Shown: piece by piece, positions 63,877 to 64,000 of the stretch
Numbering within the stretch: position 1 is the first letter of the stretch
Layout of the letters: the number at the start of each line of letters is the position of its first letter
From: Naegleria gruberi
Lineage: Eukaryota
Length of the DNA: 64,000 bases
Direction: 5' to 3' (one strand)
Assembly (NCBI GenBank): GCA_000004985.1
Contig: GG738856.1
The notes under the pieces: generated by a model
What the model saw: only the letters and a program-made list of their open reading frames with translations
The model's database searches: none
What the model was told of the DNA's origin: nothing
Position numbers and translations under genes: made by a program

Positions 63877-64000
63877 ATATTTAATTACTTTTCAAAATAG
63901 TTCCAAGAAAGTAATTTTTAATTTACTTTCTAAAAATAGGCAAATTAATTTTCTTAACTTTTTAATCAAAAAAAAATGCAAGACTTGAAAATTGGTACTT

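Overview
This is an AT-rich, gene-dense eukaryotic nuclear segment, with about 36 protein-coding genes in 64 kb. Almost all introns I can see are short (41 to 128 nt), with GTAAGT or GTATGT donors and (T)AG acceptors. Stop codons are standard. One assembly gap of N is present at 38065 to 38232.

The gene content points to a fungus. It includes protein kinases fused to TPR/Sel1-like repeats, BTB, NHL, F-box and LRR proteins, and otherwise ordinary fungal housekeeping genes. This mix is most consistent with a Glomeromycotina-type genome such as Rhizophagus, but that is an inference from the sequence alone.

The supplied ORF track also starts ORFs at TTG, GTG and CTG codons. Several track 'M' residues are therefore not real starts. 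In a number of cases they mark an exon that continues from an upstream exon, and I rebuilt those splice models by hand.

Housekeeping genes I recognise are the PP6 catalytic subunit, proline dehydrogenase, peptide:N-glycanase, a phosducin-like protein, a small Tim protein, a calcineurin-like phosphoesterase, a PTS1-tagged trypsin-like peroxisomal processing protease, and tandem sterol-desaturase/fatty-acid-hydroxylase paralogs.

The main observations are:
- a divergently transcribed pair made of an intact receptor-type class III adenylyl cyclase (with PAS domain) and a membrane protein with a degenerate cyclase-homology domain;
- a head-to-head pair of kinase-TPR paralogs that share a roughly 255 bp near-identical inverted repeat confined to the kinase core;
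- a PNGase carrying an L-type-lectin-like domain;
- an atypical Rho-like GTPase without the DxxGQ motif;
- an orphan P-loop NTPase with a helix-hairpin-helix tail.

No rRNA, tRNA, CRISPR or clear transposon was found. My coordinates come from counting the printed lines and disagreed with the ORF track by 1 nt near position 18000. Treat hand-derived splice positions as plus or minus 1 to 2 nt.
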